Positions 36,942 through 47,579 are shown, counted from the stretch's first letter. The stretch is 64,000 bases of DNA from Candidatus Rokuibacteriota bacterium (GCA_003220225.1 QHRU01000040.1:19666-83665), one strand, 5' to 3'. Notes: a model not told the origin generated them from the letters alone. Numbers and translations are program-made.

Positions 36942-38384
36942 ATGTCCACGGTGGCGCCGAGCGCCAGCTATAGCCTGACCGTCCGCCTGGCGATACAGAA
37001 CCGCACCGGCATGCTCGGCCGTGTCGCCATGGCCATCGGCAACGCCGGCGGCGACATCGGCGCGGTGGACCTGGTCGAGTCGGGTCGCGACCGGATCATC
37101 CGCGACATCACCATCAACGCGCGCGACAGCGTGCACGGCATGCAGATCGTCAACCGGCTCAAGCAGCTGGCCGGCGTCCGCGTCGTCAACATCTCCGACC
37201 GCACCTTCCTCATGCACCTCGGCGGCAAGATCGAGGTCCAGAGCAAGGTACCGGTGCGGACGCGCGACGACCTCTCGATGGCCTACACGCCCGGGGTGGC
37301 GCGCGTCAGCCTGGCCATCAAGGAGGACCGGCAGCGCGCGTTCTCGCTCACGATCAAGCAGAACACCGTGGCCGTCGTCACCGACGGCACGGCCGTGCTC
37401 GGGCTGGGCGACATCGGCCCCGAGGCGGCGCTGCCGGTCATGGAAGGCAAGGCGATGCTCTTCAAGGAGTTCGCCAACGTCGACGCCTTCCCGATCTGCC
37501 TGGCCACGAAGGAGCCGGACAAGATCGTCGAGACGGTGAAGTACCTGGCACCGGGCTTCGGCGGCATCAACCTCGAAGACATCGCGGCCCCGCGCTGCTT
37601 CGAGATCGAGGAGCGGCTGCGCAAGGAACTGGACATCCCCGTCTTCCACGACGACCAGCACGGCACCGCCGTCGTCGTGCTGGCGGCGCTGCTCAACGCG
37701 CTGCGCATCGTGAAGAAGGACCTCAAGAAGCTCCGCGTGGTTGTGACGGGCGTCGGCGCCGCCGGCACCGCGACCATCAAGATCCTCCTGTCGAGCGGTG
37801 TGCGCGACATCATCGGCGTGGACGAGCACGGCACGATCTATCGCGGGCGCGCCCAAGGCATGGACTTCATGAAGCGCTGGGTGGCCGGTGCCACCAACCC
37901 GCGCCAGGTCAAGGGGCGGCTCGCCGACGCCCTCGCGCGCGCGGACGTCTTCATCGGATTGTCGGTGCCGGGTATCCTGACCGTCCGCGACCTCAAACGC
38001 ATGGCGCGCGACCCGATCGTGTTCGCCATGGCCAATCCGGTGCCCGAGATCCAGCCGGAGCAGGCCCAGGACCACGTGCGCGTCATGGCTACGGGCCGCT
38101 CGGATTATCCGAACCAGATCAACAACGTGCTCTGCTTCCCCGGCTTCTTCCGGGGCCTCCTCGACTCGCGGGCGCGGACGGTGAACGACGAGATGAAGGT
38201 GGCCGCCGCGCGGGCGATCGCCGCCTGCGTCGGGCGCTCGGAGCTGAGCGAGGAGTACATCATCCCGAGCGTGTTCAACAAGGCCGTCGCTCCCGCGGTC
38301 GCCGCGGGCGTCGCGCGCGCCGCCCACGCCACGGGCGTAGCGCGTCGCCGGCGGCAGGTCGACCTGTCGGTCATTCCATCGTGA
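36942..38384 (+). CDS. Malic enzyme with N-terminal ACT domain
   Basis: AYTPGVA, DGTAVLGLGDIG, MEGKA, FHDDQHGTA and ATGRSDYPNQINN. Confidence 0.92.
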   Translation: MSTVAPSASYSLTVRLAIQNRTGMLGRVAMAIGNAGGDIGAVDLVESGRDRIIRDITINARDSVHGMQIVNRLKQLAGVRVVNISDRTFLMHLGGKIEVQSKVPVRTRDDLSMAYTPGVARVSLAIKEDRQRAFSLTIKQNTVAVVTDGTAVLGLGDIGPEAALPVMEGKAMLFKEFANVDAFPICLATKEPDKIVETVKYLAPGFGGINLEDIAAPRCFEIEERLRKELDIPVFHDDQHGTAVVVLAALLNALRIVKKDLKKLRVVVTGVGAAGTATIKILLSSGVRDIIGVDEHGTIYRGRAQGMDFMKRWVAGATNPRQVKGRLADALARADVFIGLSVPGILTVRDLKRMARDPIVFAMANPVPEIQPEQAQDHVRVMATGRSDYPNQINNVLCFPGFFRGLLDSRARTVNDEMKVAAARAIAACVGRSELSEEYIIPSVFNKAVAPAVAAGVARAAHATGVARRRRQVDLSVIPS

Positions 38385-38394
38385 CGGAGCCGTT

Positions 38395-39126
38395 GTGACC
38401 GAGCCGCGCTGGTCGGTCGTTATTCCCGCGTTCAACGAGGCGGCGCGCCTCCCGCGCTATCTCGACGAAGTCGTCTCCTACCTCGTGACGCGCGGCGAGC
38501 CGTGGGAGGTGATCGTGGTCGACGACGGCTCCACCGACGGCACCCCCGAGGTCGTGCGGGCCGTGGGCACGCGCTGCCCTCGGGTGAGGCTGCTGCGCCG
38601 GGAGCCCAACGCCGGCAAGGGCGCGGCGGTCCGCGCGGGCATGATGGCCGCGCGCGGCGCCTGGCGGCTCTTCACCGACGCCGACGGCGCCACGCCGATC
38701 GCCGAGCTGAAACGGCTCGAGGCGGCGGTGGCCGCGGGCGCGGACGTGGCGATCGGCTCTCGCGCGATGGCGGCCGCCGGCGTCGTCGTGCGTGCGCGCC
38801 GGCACCGGGTCGTCGCCGGGCGCGTCTTCAGCCGCCTGGCCGAGTCGCTCGGCCTCGCGGGCATCCAGGACTCGCAGTGCGGGTTCAAGGCGTTCAGCGC
38901 GGCCGCGGCGGCGGACCTCTTCCCGCGGCTCGCGACGACCGGGTTCGGCTTCGACGTCGAGTTGCTGCTGCGGGCCAGGGCGCGCGGGTGGCGCGTGGTC
39001 GAGGTGGCCGTGAACTGGGAGGACCAGCCGGCCAGCAAGGTCGGCGTCTTCACGGATGGCCCGCGCATGCTGTGGCAGATGCTCGCGGCGCGGTGGCGCG
39101 TCGCGCGCGAGGAGCGCCGCCGGTGA
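38395..39126 (+). CDS. GT2 polyprenyl-phosphate glycosyltransferase (Dol-P-Glc synthase-like)
   Basis: VIPAFNE, VDDGSTD, GKGAAV, FTDAD, DSQCGFK and FDVE. Confidence 0.88.
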   Translation: MTEPRWSVVIPAFNEAARLPRYLDEVVSYLVTRGEPWEVIVVDDGSTDGTPEVVRAVGTRCPRVRLLRREPNAGKGAAVRAGMMAARGAWRLFTDADGATPIAELKRLEAAVAAGADVAIGSRAMAAAGVVVRARRHRVVAGRVFSRLAESLGLAGIQDSQCGFKAFSAAAAADLFPRLATTGFGFDVELLLRARARGWRVVEVAVNWEDQPASKVGVFTDGPRMLWQMLAARWRVAREERRR

Positions 39127-40283
39127 GGGGTGGTTTCGCGCGCCGGGTCCGCGAGATCGAGCCGTTCCTCGCGGTGGAGGTGGCCGAGCGCGCCGGCACG
39201 CTCGAGCGCTCGGGCGTCGACGTCGTGCATCTCGAGTACGGCGAGCCGGACTTCGAGGCGCCGCCGGTGGTGCGCGACGCGCTGGAGAAGGCGCTCAAGG
39301 ACGGCCGCGCCCGCTACACGCACAGCCTCGGCCTCCTCGAGCTGCGCGAGGCGATCGCCGAGCACTACGAGCGCGCCTACGGCGTGAGCGTCTCGCCCGA
39401 CCAGGTGCTCGTCACCCCGGGAACCTCGCCGGCCATGCTCCTGCTCTTCGGTCATCTGCTCGATCCCGGCGACGAGGTCGTGCTGTCGAATCCCTACTAT
39501 GCCTGCTATCCGAACTTCATTCGCTACGCTGACGGCGTGCCGGTGGAGGTCGACGTGAGCGAGGCGGACCGGTTCCAGTACCGCCCCGAGGCGATCCGCG
39601 AACGCCTGAGCGCGCGCACGAGAGCCATCGTCGTGAACTCGCCCGCGAACCCGACGGGCAGCGTGCTCGCGCCCGATCGCATGGCCGCCCTCGCCGCCCT
39701 CGCGCGCGAGCGCGGCGTGGCCGTCGTCTCGGACGAGATCTACCACGGTCTCACCGAGGGCGGCCGCGACCGCTCGATTCTCGAGTTCACGGACCAGGCG
39801 TTCGTGCTCAACGGGTTCTCGAAGGCCTTCGCGATGACGGGCTGGCGGCTGGGCTGGGTGATCGCCCCGCCCGAGCACGTCCGCTCGCTCCAGACGCTCT
39901 ACGGCAACTTCTTCATCTCGACCAACGAGTTCGTGCAGTGGGCGGGCGTGGCCGCGCTCCGCGAGGCCGTCGACGAGACCGCGCGCTTCCGCCGCATCTT
40001 CGCCGAGCGGCGGCGCGCGATGGTGGACGGCCTGCGCGCGATCGGCCTCGGCGTCGGCTTCGAACCTGAGGGCGCCTTCTACGTGCTCGCCAACGCGCGG
40101 CGCTTCACGCGCGACTCCGTGTCCTTCGCCTACGAGATCCTCGAGCGCGCCCACGTCGCGGTGACGCCGGGCGCCGCCTTCGGCAGCAACGCGGAGGGCT
40201 ACCTGCGCTTCTCCTATGCCTCGTCGGTCGAGCGCATCCGCGAAGGGCTGCGGCGCCTCGGCGACTTCCTCGCCGCCCGGTGA
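39123..40283 (+). CDS. PLP-dependent class I/II aminotransferase
   Basis: GEPDF, NSPANPTG, SDEIY and GFSKAFAMTGWRLG. Confidence 0.9.
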   Translation: MRGGFARRVREIEPFLAVEVAERAGTLERSGVDVVHLEYGEPDFEAPPVVRDALEKALKDGRARYTHSLGLLELREAIAEHYERAYGVSVSPDQVLVTPGTSPAMLLLFGHLLDPGDEVVLSNPYYACYPNFIRYADGVPVEVDVSEADRFQYRPEAIRERLSARTRAIVVNSPANPTGSVLAPDRMAALAALARERGVAVVSDEIYHGLTEGGRDRSILEFTDQAFVLNGFSKAFAMTGWRLGWVIAPPEHVRSLQTLYGNFFISTNEFVQWAGVAALREAVDETARFRRIFAERRRAMVDGLRAIGLGVGFEPEGAFYVLANARRFTRDSVSFAYEILERAHVAVTPGAAFGSNAEGYLRFSYASSVERIREGLRRLGDFLAAR

Positions 40284-40699
40284 GCCCCGACTGCCGGGCC
40301 TGCCGCGGCGAGTGGCCGCCGGCCGAGACGTTCATCGCGGACTGCGGCCCGGCCAACGCCTATCTCTACGCCGACCAGTTTTTCCCCGGCTGGACGGTGC
40401 TCGTGCTCAAGCGCCATGCGGCGGAGCCGTGGGAGCTCGAGCGGGACGAGCGCAACGCGCTGATGGACGGCGTGACGCAGGTGGCGCGCGCGCTCGCCAC
40501 CGTCTACGAGGCGAAGAAGATGAACTACGAGCTGCTCGGCAATCAGCTCGCGCACATCCACTGGCACCTGGTTCCGCGGCGCGCCGACGATCCCGTCCCG
40601 CGCCTGCCTGTCTGGACCCACACGCACGAGCCGCTCGCGCTCTCGCCCGCCGAGCAGCGCGCCCGCATCGACGCCATCCGCGCCCGCCTGAAGAAATGA
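40280..40699 (+). CDS. HIT-family hydrolase
   Basis: N-terminal CxxC and GNQLAHIHWHLVPR. Confidence 0.88.
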   Translation: MSPDCRACRGEWPPAETFIADCGPANAYLYADQFFPGWTVLVLKRHAAEPWELERDERNALMDGVTQVARALATVYEAKKMNYELLGNQLAHIHWHLVPRRADDPVPRLPVWTHTHEPLALSPAEQRARIDAIRARLKK

Positions 40700-42855
40700 C
40701 GCCGTGGAGCGCGCCCGCGGCGGGCACCGGCCGCGAATGGGCGCTCGTGGGCGCCGCCTGGCTCGCGATCGCCCTCTGCGTCGCCGTCTGGCTGGCCATC
40801 GACAACCGCCCGCCGGAGTGGGACCACGCCAACCACCTCCAGCGCGTCGTCGCCTGCGCGCGCGACCTCGCCACCGGCGACTGGCGCATGATCCTCGAGC
40901 GCTCGTCGTTCTACCCGCCCATCGTGCCGTGCGCCGCGGCCGTCGCGTACCGGCTGATGCCGACCGACGTCGCCGCCGCGCAGGTCGTCATGCTGCTCTT
41001 CCTCGGCGCCGGCATGGCCGCCACCTACGCCCTCGCCCGCGCGCTGGCTGACGGCACCGCGGGCGTGGCCGCCGCCTGGATCTTCGGCTCGGCCCCGTTC
41101 GTCGTCTTCAGCGCGCTGCGCTTTCAGCTCGACCTGCCGCTGGCGACGCTGGTGGCCGTCGCCCTTCTCGTGCTGATCCGCACCGAGGGCTTCACCCGCG
41201 TCGGCTGGTCGCTGGTGGCGGGCGGCGTGTTCGCCGTCGGCATGCTCATCAAGCCGCCGTTCGCCGCATATCTGTTGCCGCCGGTCGTCTGGCTGCTCGT
41301 CGAGGAGCGCAGTCGGCCCGCGCTCGGCAACGCGGCGTTCGCCGCGCTCGTGGCCGGCGCCGTCAGCCTGCCGTGGTACGGCCCGCGCCTCGTCGGGATG
41401 CCGCGGCAGATCGCGTTCCGCGCCGTGACCCACGCGGCCGAGGAGGGCAAGCCGCCCACCCTCTCAGCCGTCGCGCTCGCGTTCTATCCGACCTCGCTGC
41501 CGGTGCAGCTCGGCGTCCTCGCGACGGTGCTGCTCGTGGCGGGGATCGTCGTCGCGTTGATGCGACGCCAGGGGCTCGTGGTCGTCGCGTTCCTGGCGCC
41601 GCTCGCGCTCTTCATGCTCCTGCGCAACAAGGACCTCCGCTACACGCTGCCGCTCGTGCCCGCGGCCGCCGCCCTCGCGGGACTGGCGGTCGCCGCGCTC
41701 GGCCCGCGACTGCGCGGCGTCGCGCTGGCCGTGCTGGCGGTCGTCGGCGGCCTGCAGGTTTCCGCCGTCGCGTGGGCGGTGCCGCCGCCCGTGACGCTGC
41801 CGGGACTCGGCACGCCGTGGGTGCTCGCCAGCCCGCCCGCGGGGGGCGACTGGCGCCAGCGCGATTTCCTCCGCATCATCGTGCAGGATCGCGCGGGGCG
41901 GCCGGCGATGGTGAGCGTCGTGCCGAACGACAACTACTTCTCGGTCAGCAACTTCCGCTATTACGCGGTCCGTGACGAGCTGCCGCTGCGGTTCACGCGT
42001 CCGTGGGAGGGCGAGCCCCTCGGCATCGACTACATGATCCTCAAGAGCGGCGACCAGGGCCCCGACTTCAGCGAGGCCAAGAGCCGGCGCGTGATCGAGC
42101 GGCTGGCGCGCGATCCCGCGCTCGCGCGCGCGTATCCGGTGATCGCGGAGTTCCCGCTGCCCGATGGCTCCACGGGTATGTTGCGCGCGCGCCGGATCAC
42201 CGATCCCGCCGCGGCGCCGCCCGAGGCGCTCGCGCGGCGCCTCGAGGCGGCCATGCGTCGGCGGGTCGGCGAGGTCGCGCGCGACGTGGACGGGCTCGAG
42301 ATCCGGCTCGCGTACGACGCCGAGATCGCGCGCGGTCGCATCCAGCGCCTGGAGGTGACGGCGCGCGCGGCCACGGCCGGGGAGCTGCGCAAGCGTGACG
42401 CGGCGACCCTCCGCCTCCAGCACCTCCGCTTCGTCGCCGCCGACGTCCTCATCAACCCGTATGCGCTCGAGGCCGGACGCGCAGAATTGCTGGACGTGGG
42501 ACGCTTCCGGCTCGAGCAGATGGAGATCACGGCAGCCGATCTGCAGGCCTTCGTGGCCGGGCTCAAGGGTTTCCGCGGCACGCGCGTCCAGCTCGTGCCG
42601 GGCGCGATCGACCTCGTGGTGGAGCAGCCCGGGCCCGACCTCGCCGCCCGCGTGCGCTTGGTGCCGGCCGCCGACCGGCCGTTCGCGATCGCCGTCGACC
42701 GGGCGAGGCTCGGCTGGGTGCCGCTGCCCCGGCTGCTCGTCGACTGGGTGGTACGCAACTACGATCCGACGCCGCAGATCGCGGACCGCCTGCCCTTCCG
42801 GGTGGAGGTCGCGCGGGTCAGCGTGAGCGAGCAGGCGATCCGGGTGGGGGAGTGA
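40696..42855 (+). CDS. GT-C (ArnT/PMT-like) membrane glycosyltransferase with an extra C-terminal domain
   Basis: WDHANH, FYPP, LDLPLA, LIKP and NKDLRY; many TM segments and a long soluble C-terminus. Confidence 0.72.
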   Translation: MTPWSAPAAGTGREWALVGAAWLAIALCVAVWLAIDNRPPEWDHANHLQRVVACARDLATGDWRMILERSSFYPPIVPCAAAVAYRLMPTDVAAAQVVMLLFLGAGMAATYALARALADGTAGVAAAWIFGSAPFVVFSALRFQLDLPLATLVAVALLVLIRTEGFTRVGWSLVAGGVFAVGMLIKPPFAAYLLPPVVWLLVEERSRPALGNAAFAALVAGAVSLPWYGPRLVGMPRQIAFRAVTHAAEEGKPPTLSAVALAFYPTSLPVQLGVLATVLLVAGIVVALMRRQGLVVVAFLAPLALFMLLRNKDLRYTLPLVPAAAALAGLAVAALGPRLRGVALAVLAVVGGLQVSAVAWAVPPPVTLPGLGTPWVLASPPAGGDWRQRDFLRIIVQDRAGRPAMVSVVPNDNYFSVSNFRYYAVRDELPLRFTRPWEGEPLGIDYMILKSGDQGPDFSEAKSRRVIERLARDPALARAYPVIAEFPLPDGSTGMLRARRITDPAAAPPEALARRLEAAMRRRVGEVARDVDGLEIRLAYDAEIARGRIQRLEVTARAATAGELRKRDAATLRLQHLRFVAADVLINPYALEAGRAELLDVGRFRLEQMEITAADLQAFVAGLKGFRGTRVQLVPGAIDLVVEQPGPDLAARVRLVPAADRPFAIAVDRARLGWVPLPRLLVDWVVRNYDPTPQIADRLPFRVEVARVSVSEQAIRVGE

Positions 42856-42857
42856 GG

Positions 42858-43529
42858 ATGGCGGCGGAGAGTCGTGCGGCGAAGCAGGCGCGGGCCAAGA
42901 AGATCCTGGATCTCCTCGCGCGCGCGTATCCCGACGCGAAGATCGCCCTCGACTTCCGGACGCCGTTCGAGCTGCTCGTCGCCACCATCCTCTCCGCGCA
43001 GTGCACGGACGAGCGCGTGAACATGGTGACGCCCGCGCTCTTCCGCAAGTACCCGACGGCGCGCGAGCTGGCGCGGGCGCGCACCCCGAGCCTCGAGAAG
43101 GAGATCCGCTCCACCGGATTCTTCCGCGCCAAGGCGCGCTCGCTGCTTGGCATGTCGAAGGCGCTCGTCGAGCATCACGGCGGCGAGGTGCCCGAGGCCC
43201 TCGAGGCGCTCGTCGAGCTGCCGGGCGTCGGGCTCAAGACCGCCAACGTCGTCATCGGCAACGCCTTTGGAGGCCAGGCCCTCGCCGTGGACACGCACGT
43301 CTTCCGCGTCTCGCAGCGGCTCGGCCTGGCGCGCTCGGACGATCCCAACGAGATCCACGACCAGCTGGTCGCGCTGCTGCCGCGCGAGTCGCTCACGCAG
43401 GCCACGCATCTGATGATCACGCACGGCCGCCGCACGTGCGTGGCCAGGAAGCCGGCCTGCCCCGTCTGCCCGGTGCGCGCGCTGTGTCCGTGGCCGGACA
43501 AGACCGGCGCCCCTGCCCGCCGCGCGTGA
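42858..43529 (+). CDS. nth: Endonuclease III
   Basis: LSAQCTD, LPGVGLKTANV, VDTHV and a Cx6Cx2Cx5C cluster motif. Confidence 0.95.
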   Translation: MAAESRAAKQARAKKILDLLARAYPDAKIALDFRTPFELLVATILSAQCTDERVNMVTPALFRKYPTARELARARTPSLEKEIRSTGFFRAKARSLLGMSKALVEHHGGEVPEALEALVELPGVGLKTANVVIGNAFGGQALAVDTHVFRVSQRLGLARSDDPNEIHDQLVALLPRESLTQATHLMITHGRRTCVARKPACPVCPVRALCPWPDKTGAPARRA

Positions 43530-43539
43530 GCCGCCCGCC

Positions 43540-44307
43540 GTGAGCACCCACGACGAGCTGCTCGCGCTCCAGCGCGCGCTCTACGAGTCCCGCAACCCGA
43601 CGCGCCGCTGGCTGCACTGCACGCGGCGCGACTGGATCGCCGAGCGACTGACGCGCCTGGCCGCCGGCCGGCGCGGCGCCGCCCTGGAGGTCGGTCCCGG
43701 CTCCGGCGTGTACGTGCCACTCCTCGCGCGCCTGTTCGACCGCGTCACCGTCAGCGACGTGCACGACGCGTATCTGGCCGCGGCGCGCGTCATCGCCGCC
43801 GACCACCCGAACGTCGCCGTCGTGCAGGACGACATCCGCCGGCCGGCGCTGCCCGCCGCCTCGTTCGACGTCGTGCTCTGCACGGAGGTGATCGAGCACG
43901 TCGTCGAGTCGCGCGCGGCGCTGGCGGGGATGCGCCGGCTGCTGAGGCCGGGCGGCGTGCTCGTGCTCTCGACGCCCCAGCGCGGGAGCCCGCTCGAGGT
44001 CTGCTCGAAGATCGCGTTCCTTCCCGGCGTGATCGACGTCGTCCGTCTGGTCTACCGCGAGCCGATCCTGCCGACGGGGCACGTGAACGTGATGACGGCG
44101 GGCGAGATGCGCCGCCAGCTCGACGCGGCCGGCTTTGCGATCCGCGAGTCGCACAAGTCGGGACTCTACGTCCCGGTGCTCGCCGAGGCCGGCGGCGAGC
44201 CCGGCCGGCGGCTCGCGGCGTGGCTGGAGGCCCGCATCTACCCGGGACCGCTCGATTGGCTGCTGTGGACCCAGTACCACGTGGCCGTCGCGCGGACTCG
44301 GGATTGA
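43540..44307 (+). CDS. Class I SAM-dependent methyltransferase
   Basis: LEVGPGSG, FDVVLCTEVIEH and LRPGG. Confidence 0.85.
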   Translation: MSTHDELLALQRALYESRNPTRRWLHCTRRDWIAERLTRLAAGRRGAALEVGPGSGVYVPLLARLFDRVTVSDVHDAYLAAARVIAADHPNVAVVQDDIRRPALPAASFDVVLCTEVIEHVVESRAALAGMRRLLRPGGVLVLSTPQRGSPLEVCSKIAFLPGVIDVVRLVYREPILPTGHVNVMTAGEMRRQLDAAGFAIRESHKSGLYVPVLAEAGGEPGRRLAAWLEARIYPGPLDWLLWTQYHVAVARTRD

Positions 44308-44333
44308 CAGAGGCCCCCGGGGTCCGTTATCAT
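44304..44333 (+). promoter_or_regulatory. Sigma70 promoter for rplM-rpsI
   Basis: TTGACA-18 bp-TATCAT. Confidence 0.65.
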
Positions 44334-44401
44334 CCGACGTTGCGATTTCTGCCGGTAGAACGCCTATTTAGCGCCGGGGATTGAACGCCGAAAGGGCCGT
44401 G

Positions 44402-44857
44402 ATGAGCGAGATCGAGCGCAAGTGGTATGTCGTCGATGCCCAGGGACAGGTGCTGGGGCGCCTGGCCACCCAGGTGGCGACGATCCTCCGGGGCAAGCAC
44501 AAGACGACCTTTGCCCCGCACCTCGACGTCGGTGATCATGTCGTGGTGCTGAACGCCTCCAAGGTGCACCTCACCGGCCGCAAGCTGAAGGACAAGCGGT
44601 ATCGCTGGCACACCGGCTACATCGGCGGCCTCAAGGACGTCTCGGCCGAACAGATGCTCGACAAGCACCCCGAGCGGGTGATCGAGTGGGCCGTGCAGGG
44701 CATGCTCCCCAAAAACCGGCTCGGCCGCGCGATGGCCAAGAAGCTGAAGGTCTATCGCGGCGCCGAGCATCCGCACAGCGCTCAGCAGCCGACCGCGCTC
44801 GCGGTGAACACGTCGCGTCCATCCAAGTCGGTGGTCACGTCTGCGGAGGATCGGTAA
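44402..44857 (+). CDS. rplM: 50S ribosomal protein L13
   Basis: [19 protein letters not shown] and [10 protein letters not shown]. Confidence 0.97.
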   Translation: MSEIERKWYVVDAQGQVLGRLATQVATILRGKHKTTFAPHLDVGDHVVVLNASKVHLTGRKLKDKRYRWHTGYIGGLKDVSAEQMLDKHPERVIEWAVQGMLPKNRLGRAMAKKLKVYRGAEHPHSAQQPTALAVNTSRPSKSVVTSAEDR

Positions 44858-45256
44858 ATGGCGGCGGTGCTCGACAGGTTCTACGGCACGGGGCGACGCA
44901 AGACGTCCGTGGCCCGCGTGTGGATCAAGCCCGGCTCCGGGCACATCGTCGTCAACCGGCGCGCGTTCGAGGACTACTTCCCGCGCGAGACGTTGCGGAT
45001 GATCATCGCCCAGCCGCTGGCGATCACGAACACCGTCGGCCAGTTCGACGTGCTCGCCACCGTCAAGGGCGGCGGGCCCACCGGCCAGGCCGGCGCCGTC
45101 CGCCACGGGCTGGCGCGCGCGATCGCGCGCTTCGACGACAAGCTGCGGCAGCCGCTGAAGAAGGCGGGGCTGCTGACCCGCGACCCGCGCGCGCGCGAGC
45201 GGAAGAAGTACGGCCAGCCCGGCGCCCGCCAGAAGTTCCAGTACAGCAAGCGGTAG
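44858..45256 (+). CDS. rpsI: 30S ribosomal protein S9
   Basis: [18 protein letters not shown] and QYSKR. Confidence 0.98.
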   Translation: MAAVLDRFYGTGRRKTSVARVWIKPGSGHIVVNRRAFEDYFPRETLRMIIAQPLAITNTVGQFDVLATVKGGGPTGQAGAVRHGLARAIARFDDKLRQPLKKAGLLTRDPRARERKKYGQPGARQKFQYSKR

Positions 45257-45257
45257 C

Positions 45258-46322
45258 GTGGGCGGCACAATCGCGATCCGCGTCGCCGTCGCCGGCGCCA
45301 GCGGCTACATGGGAGCCGAGCTGCTGCGGCTCCTGCTCGTGCACCCGCGCGTGACGCTCACGGGCGTCACCTCCGAGCGCCTCGCCGGCGAGCCGCTCGG
45401 CAGCGTCTATCCGCACCTGCGCGGCCTGACCGACCTGGTCTTCCACGATCTCGACGCCGAGTGGCTGGCCGGCGCGTGCGACGTCGCGTTCCTCGCGCTG
45501 CCGCACATGGAGTCGCAGAAGATGGTGCCCGTGCTGCGCAAGCGCGGCCGCAAGGTGATCGATCTCTCGGCCGACTACCGCCTGCACGACGCGGCGGACT
45601 ACACGACCTGGTACAAGACAGCGCACGTCGACCCGGCCGGGCTCGCCGAGGCCGTCTACGGGCTGCCGGAGCTGCACCGCAAGGCGATCGCGGCGGCCTC
45701 GCTCGTGGCCTCGCCGGGCTGCTATGCGGCGGGCGCCATCCTCGCGACGGCGCCGCTGCTCAAGAACGGCCTCGGGCGGCTCGAGGGCATCGTGATCGAC
45801 GGCAAGTCGGGCGTGAGCGGCGCCGGGGCGCAGGGCCGCAAGGTGGATCCGATGTATCTCTTCACCGAGGCCAACGAGAACGTGCAGGCCTACGCGATCG
45901 GCGCTCACCGCCACACCGCGGAGATGGAGCAGGAGCTGTCCGCGCTCGCGGGCGAACGCGTGCGGGTGTCGTTCACGCCCCACCTGTTGCCGCTCACCCG
46001 CGGCCTGTTCACGACCGCGTCGGTGCCGCTGGCCACGCCGCTCGGCACCGCCGAGCTCCTGAACGTCTACCGCGAGTTCTACGCCGGCGAGTCGTTCGTC
46101 CGGGTCCTGGGCGAGGGCGAGCGGCCGACGACGCGCGCCGTGGTGGGCTCCAACTACTGCGACCTCACGGTCGTGGCCGACCCCCGCACCGGCCGCGCCG
46201 TGTGCGTGTCGGCGCTCGACAACCTCGGGAAGGGCGGCTCGGCCAACGGCGTGCAAAACCTCAACGTCCTCTTCGGCTGGCACGAGCGGGCGGGCCTCGA
46301 GGCCCCGCCGGTGTACCCCTGA
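45258..46322 (+). CDS. argC: N-acetyl-gamma-glutamyl-phosphate reductase
   Basis: GASGYMG, DLSADYRL, YGLPE, PGCY and DNLGKG. Confidence 0.95.
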   Translation: MGGTIAIRVAVAGASGYMGAELLRLLLVHPRVTLTGVTSERLAGEPLGSVYPHLRGLTDLVFHDLDAEWLAGACDVAFLALPHMESQKMVPVLRKRGRKVIDLSADYRLHDAADYTTWYKTAHVDPAGLAEAVYGLPELHRKAIAAASLVASPGCYAAGAILATAPLLKNGLGRLEGIVIDGKSGVSGAGAQGRKVDPMYLFTEANENVQAYAIGAHRHTAEMEQELSALAGERVRVSFTPHLLPLTRGLFTTASVPLATPLGTAELLNVYREFYAGESFVRVLGEGERPTTRAVVGSNYCDLTVVADPRTGRAVCVSALDNLGKGGSANGVQNLNVLFGWHERAGLEAPPVYP

Positions 46323-46341
46323 GCCACGTCACGGGCCGTCG

Positions 46342-47574
46342 ATGACCGGCGACATGGAGTGGCTCGACGGCGGCGTCACGGCCGTCCCCGGCATCCTCGC
46401 CGGCGGCGTCGCGGCCGGCATCAAGCCCAGCGGGAAGAAGGACCTGGCCCTCATCCACTCGCCGTCGCCCGCGCGCTCGGCGGCCGTGTTCACGACCAAC
46501 CAGGTGAAGGGCGCGCCGGTGCTGGTGTCCATGGAGCACGCGCGCGGCGGCGCGCTGCAGACGATCATCGTCAACAGCGGCTGCTCGAACGTCTGCAACG
46601 GCGAGCGCGGGCTGAAGGACGCGCGTGAGATGGTCAAGCAAGTCGCCGACCTCCTGCGGATCCCCGCCTCCCATGTGCTCGTCGGCTCCACCGGCGTCAT
46701 CGGCCACCCGCTGCCGATGGACAAGATCCGCGCGGGCATCCCGACGCTCGTGAAGGCGCTGTCGCCGCAGGGCGGCCGCGCGGCCGCCGAGGCCATTCTC
46801 ACCACCGACGCGCGCACGAAGGAAGCGGCGCTGCGCTGCGAGATCGGCGGCCGGACGGTGACCTTCGGCGGCATCGCCAAGGGCGTGGGCATGATCGAGC
46901 CGCACCTGGCCACGATGTTCTGCTTCGTGACGACCGACGCCGCCGTCGCGCGCGGCGCGCTCGATCCCGTCCTCAAGCGCGCGGTGGACCGCTCGTTCAA
47001 CCGCATCACGGTGGACAGCGACACGTCCACGAGCGACACGGTGGCGGTGATCGCCAACGGCCTGGCCGAGAACCCACCGGTCGACCGCGGCGGCCGCGGC
47101 ATCCGCGAGATCGCCGCCGCGCTGGAGGCGCTGACGGGGCGGCTGGCCCGCATGCTCGTGCAGGACGGCGAGGGCGCCACCAAGCTCGTCTCGATCACCG
47201 TGCGCGGCGCCGCCAGCCGGCGCGACGCGCTGGTGGCCGCCCGGAGCGTCGCCAACTCGCCGCTCGTGAAGACGGCCATCAACGGCCAGGACCCCAACTG
47301 GGGCCGGATCATGATGGCCCTGGGCAAGTCGGCGGCGCGGGTGGAGCAGGACAAGGTGGCCATCACCTTCGGAGGTGACGAACGGCAGAGCGAGCGGCTG
47401 GTCGAGCGGGGGATGCTCCGCGAAGGCGTGCTTCTGTCGCGGGTTCGGGAGATCATGGGAGGACAGGCCTACGACATCACCATCGACCTCGGGATCGGGC
47501 GGGGCGAGGAGCGGGTCTGGACCTGCGACCTGAGCGAGGAGTACGTGCGGATCAACGGGAAGTACACGACGTAG
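46342..47574 (+). CDS. argJ: Ornithine acetyltransferase ArgJ
   Basis: KGVGMIEP.LATM, DGEGATK, DPNWGRI and TCDLS.EYV.IN..Y.T. Confidence 0.95.
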   Translation: MTGDMEWLDGGVTAVPGILAGGVAAGIKPSGKKDLALIHSPSPARSAAVFTTNQVKGAPVLVSMEHARGGALQTIIVNSGCSNVCNGERGLKDAREMVKQVADLLRIPASHVLVGSTGVIGHPLPMDKIRAGIPTLVKALSPQGGRAAAEAILTTDARTKEAALRCEIGGRTVTFGGIAKGVGMIEPHLATMFCFVTTDAAVARGALDPVLKRAVDRSFNRITVDSDTSTSDTVAVIANGLAENPPVDRGGRGIREIAAALEALTGRLARMLVQDGEGATKLVSITVRGAASRRDALVAARSVANSPLVKTAINGQDPNWGRIMMALGKSAARVEQDKVAITFGGDERQSERLVERGMLREGVLLSRVREIMGGQAYDITIDLGIGRGEERVWTCDLSEEYVRINGKYTT

Positions 47575-47579
47575 CAGTC

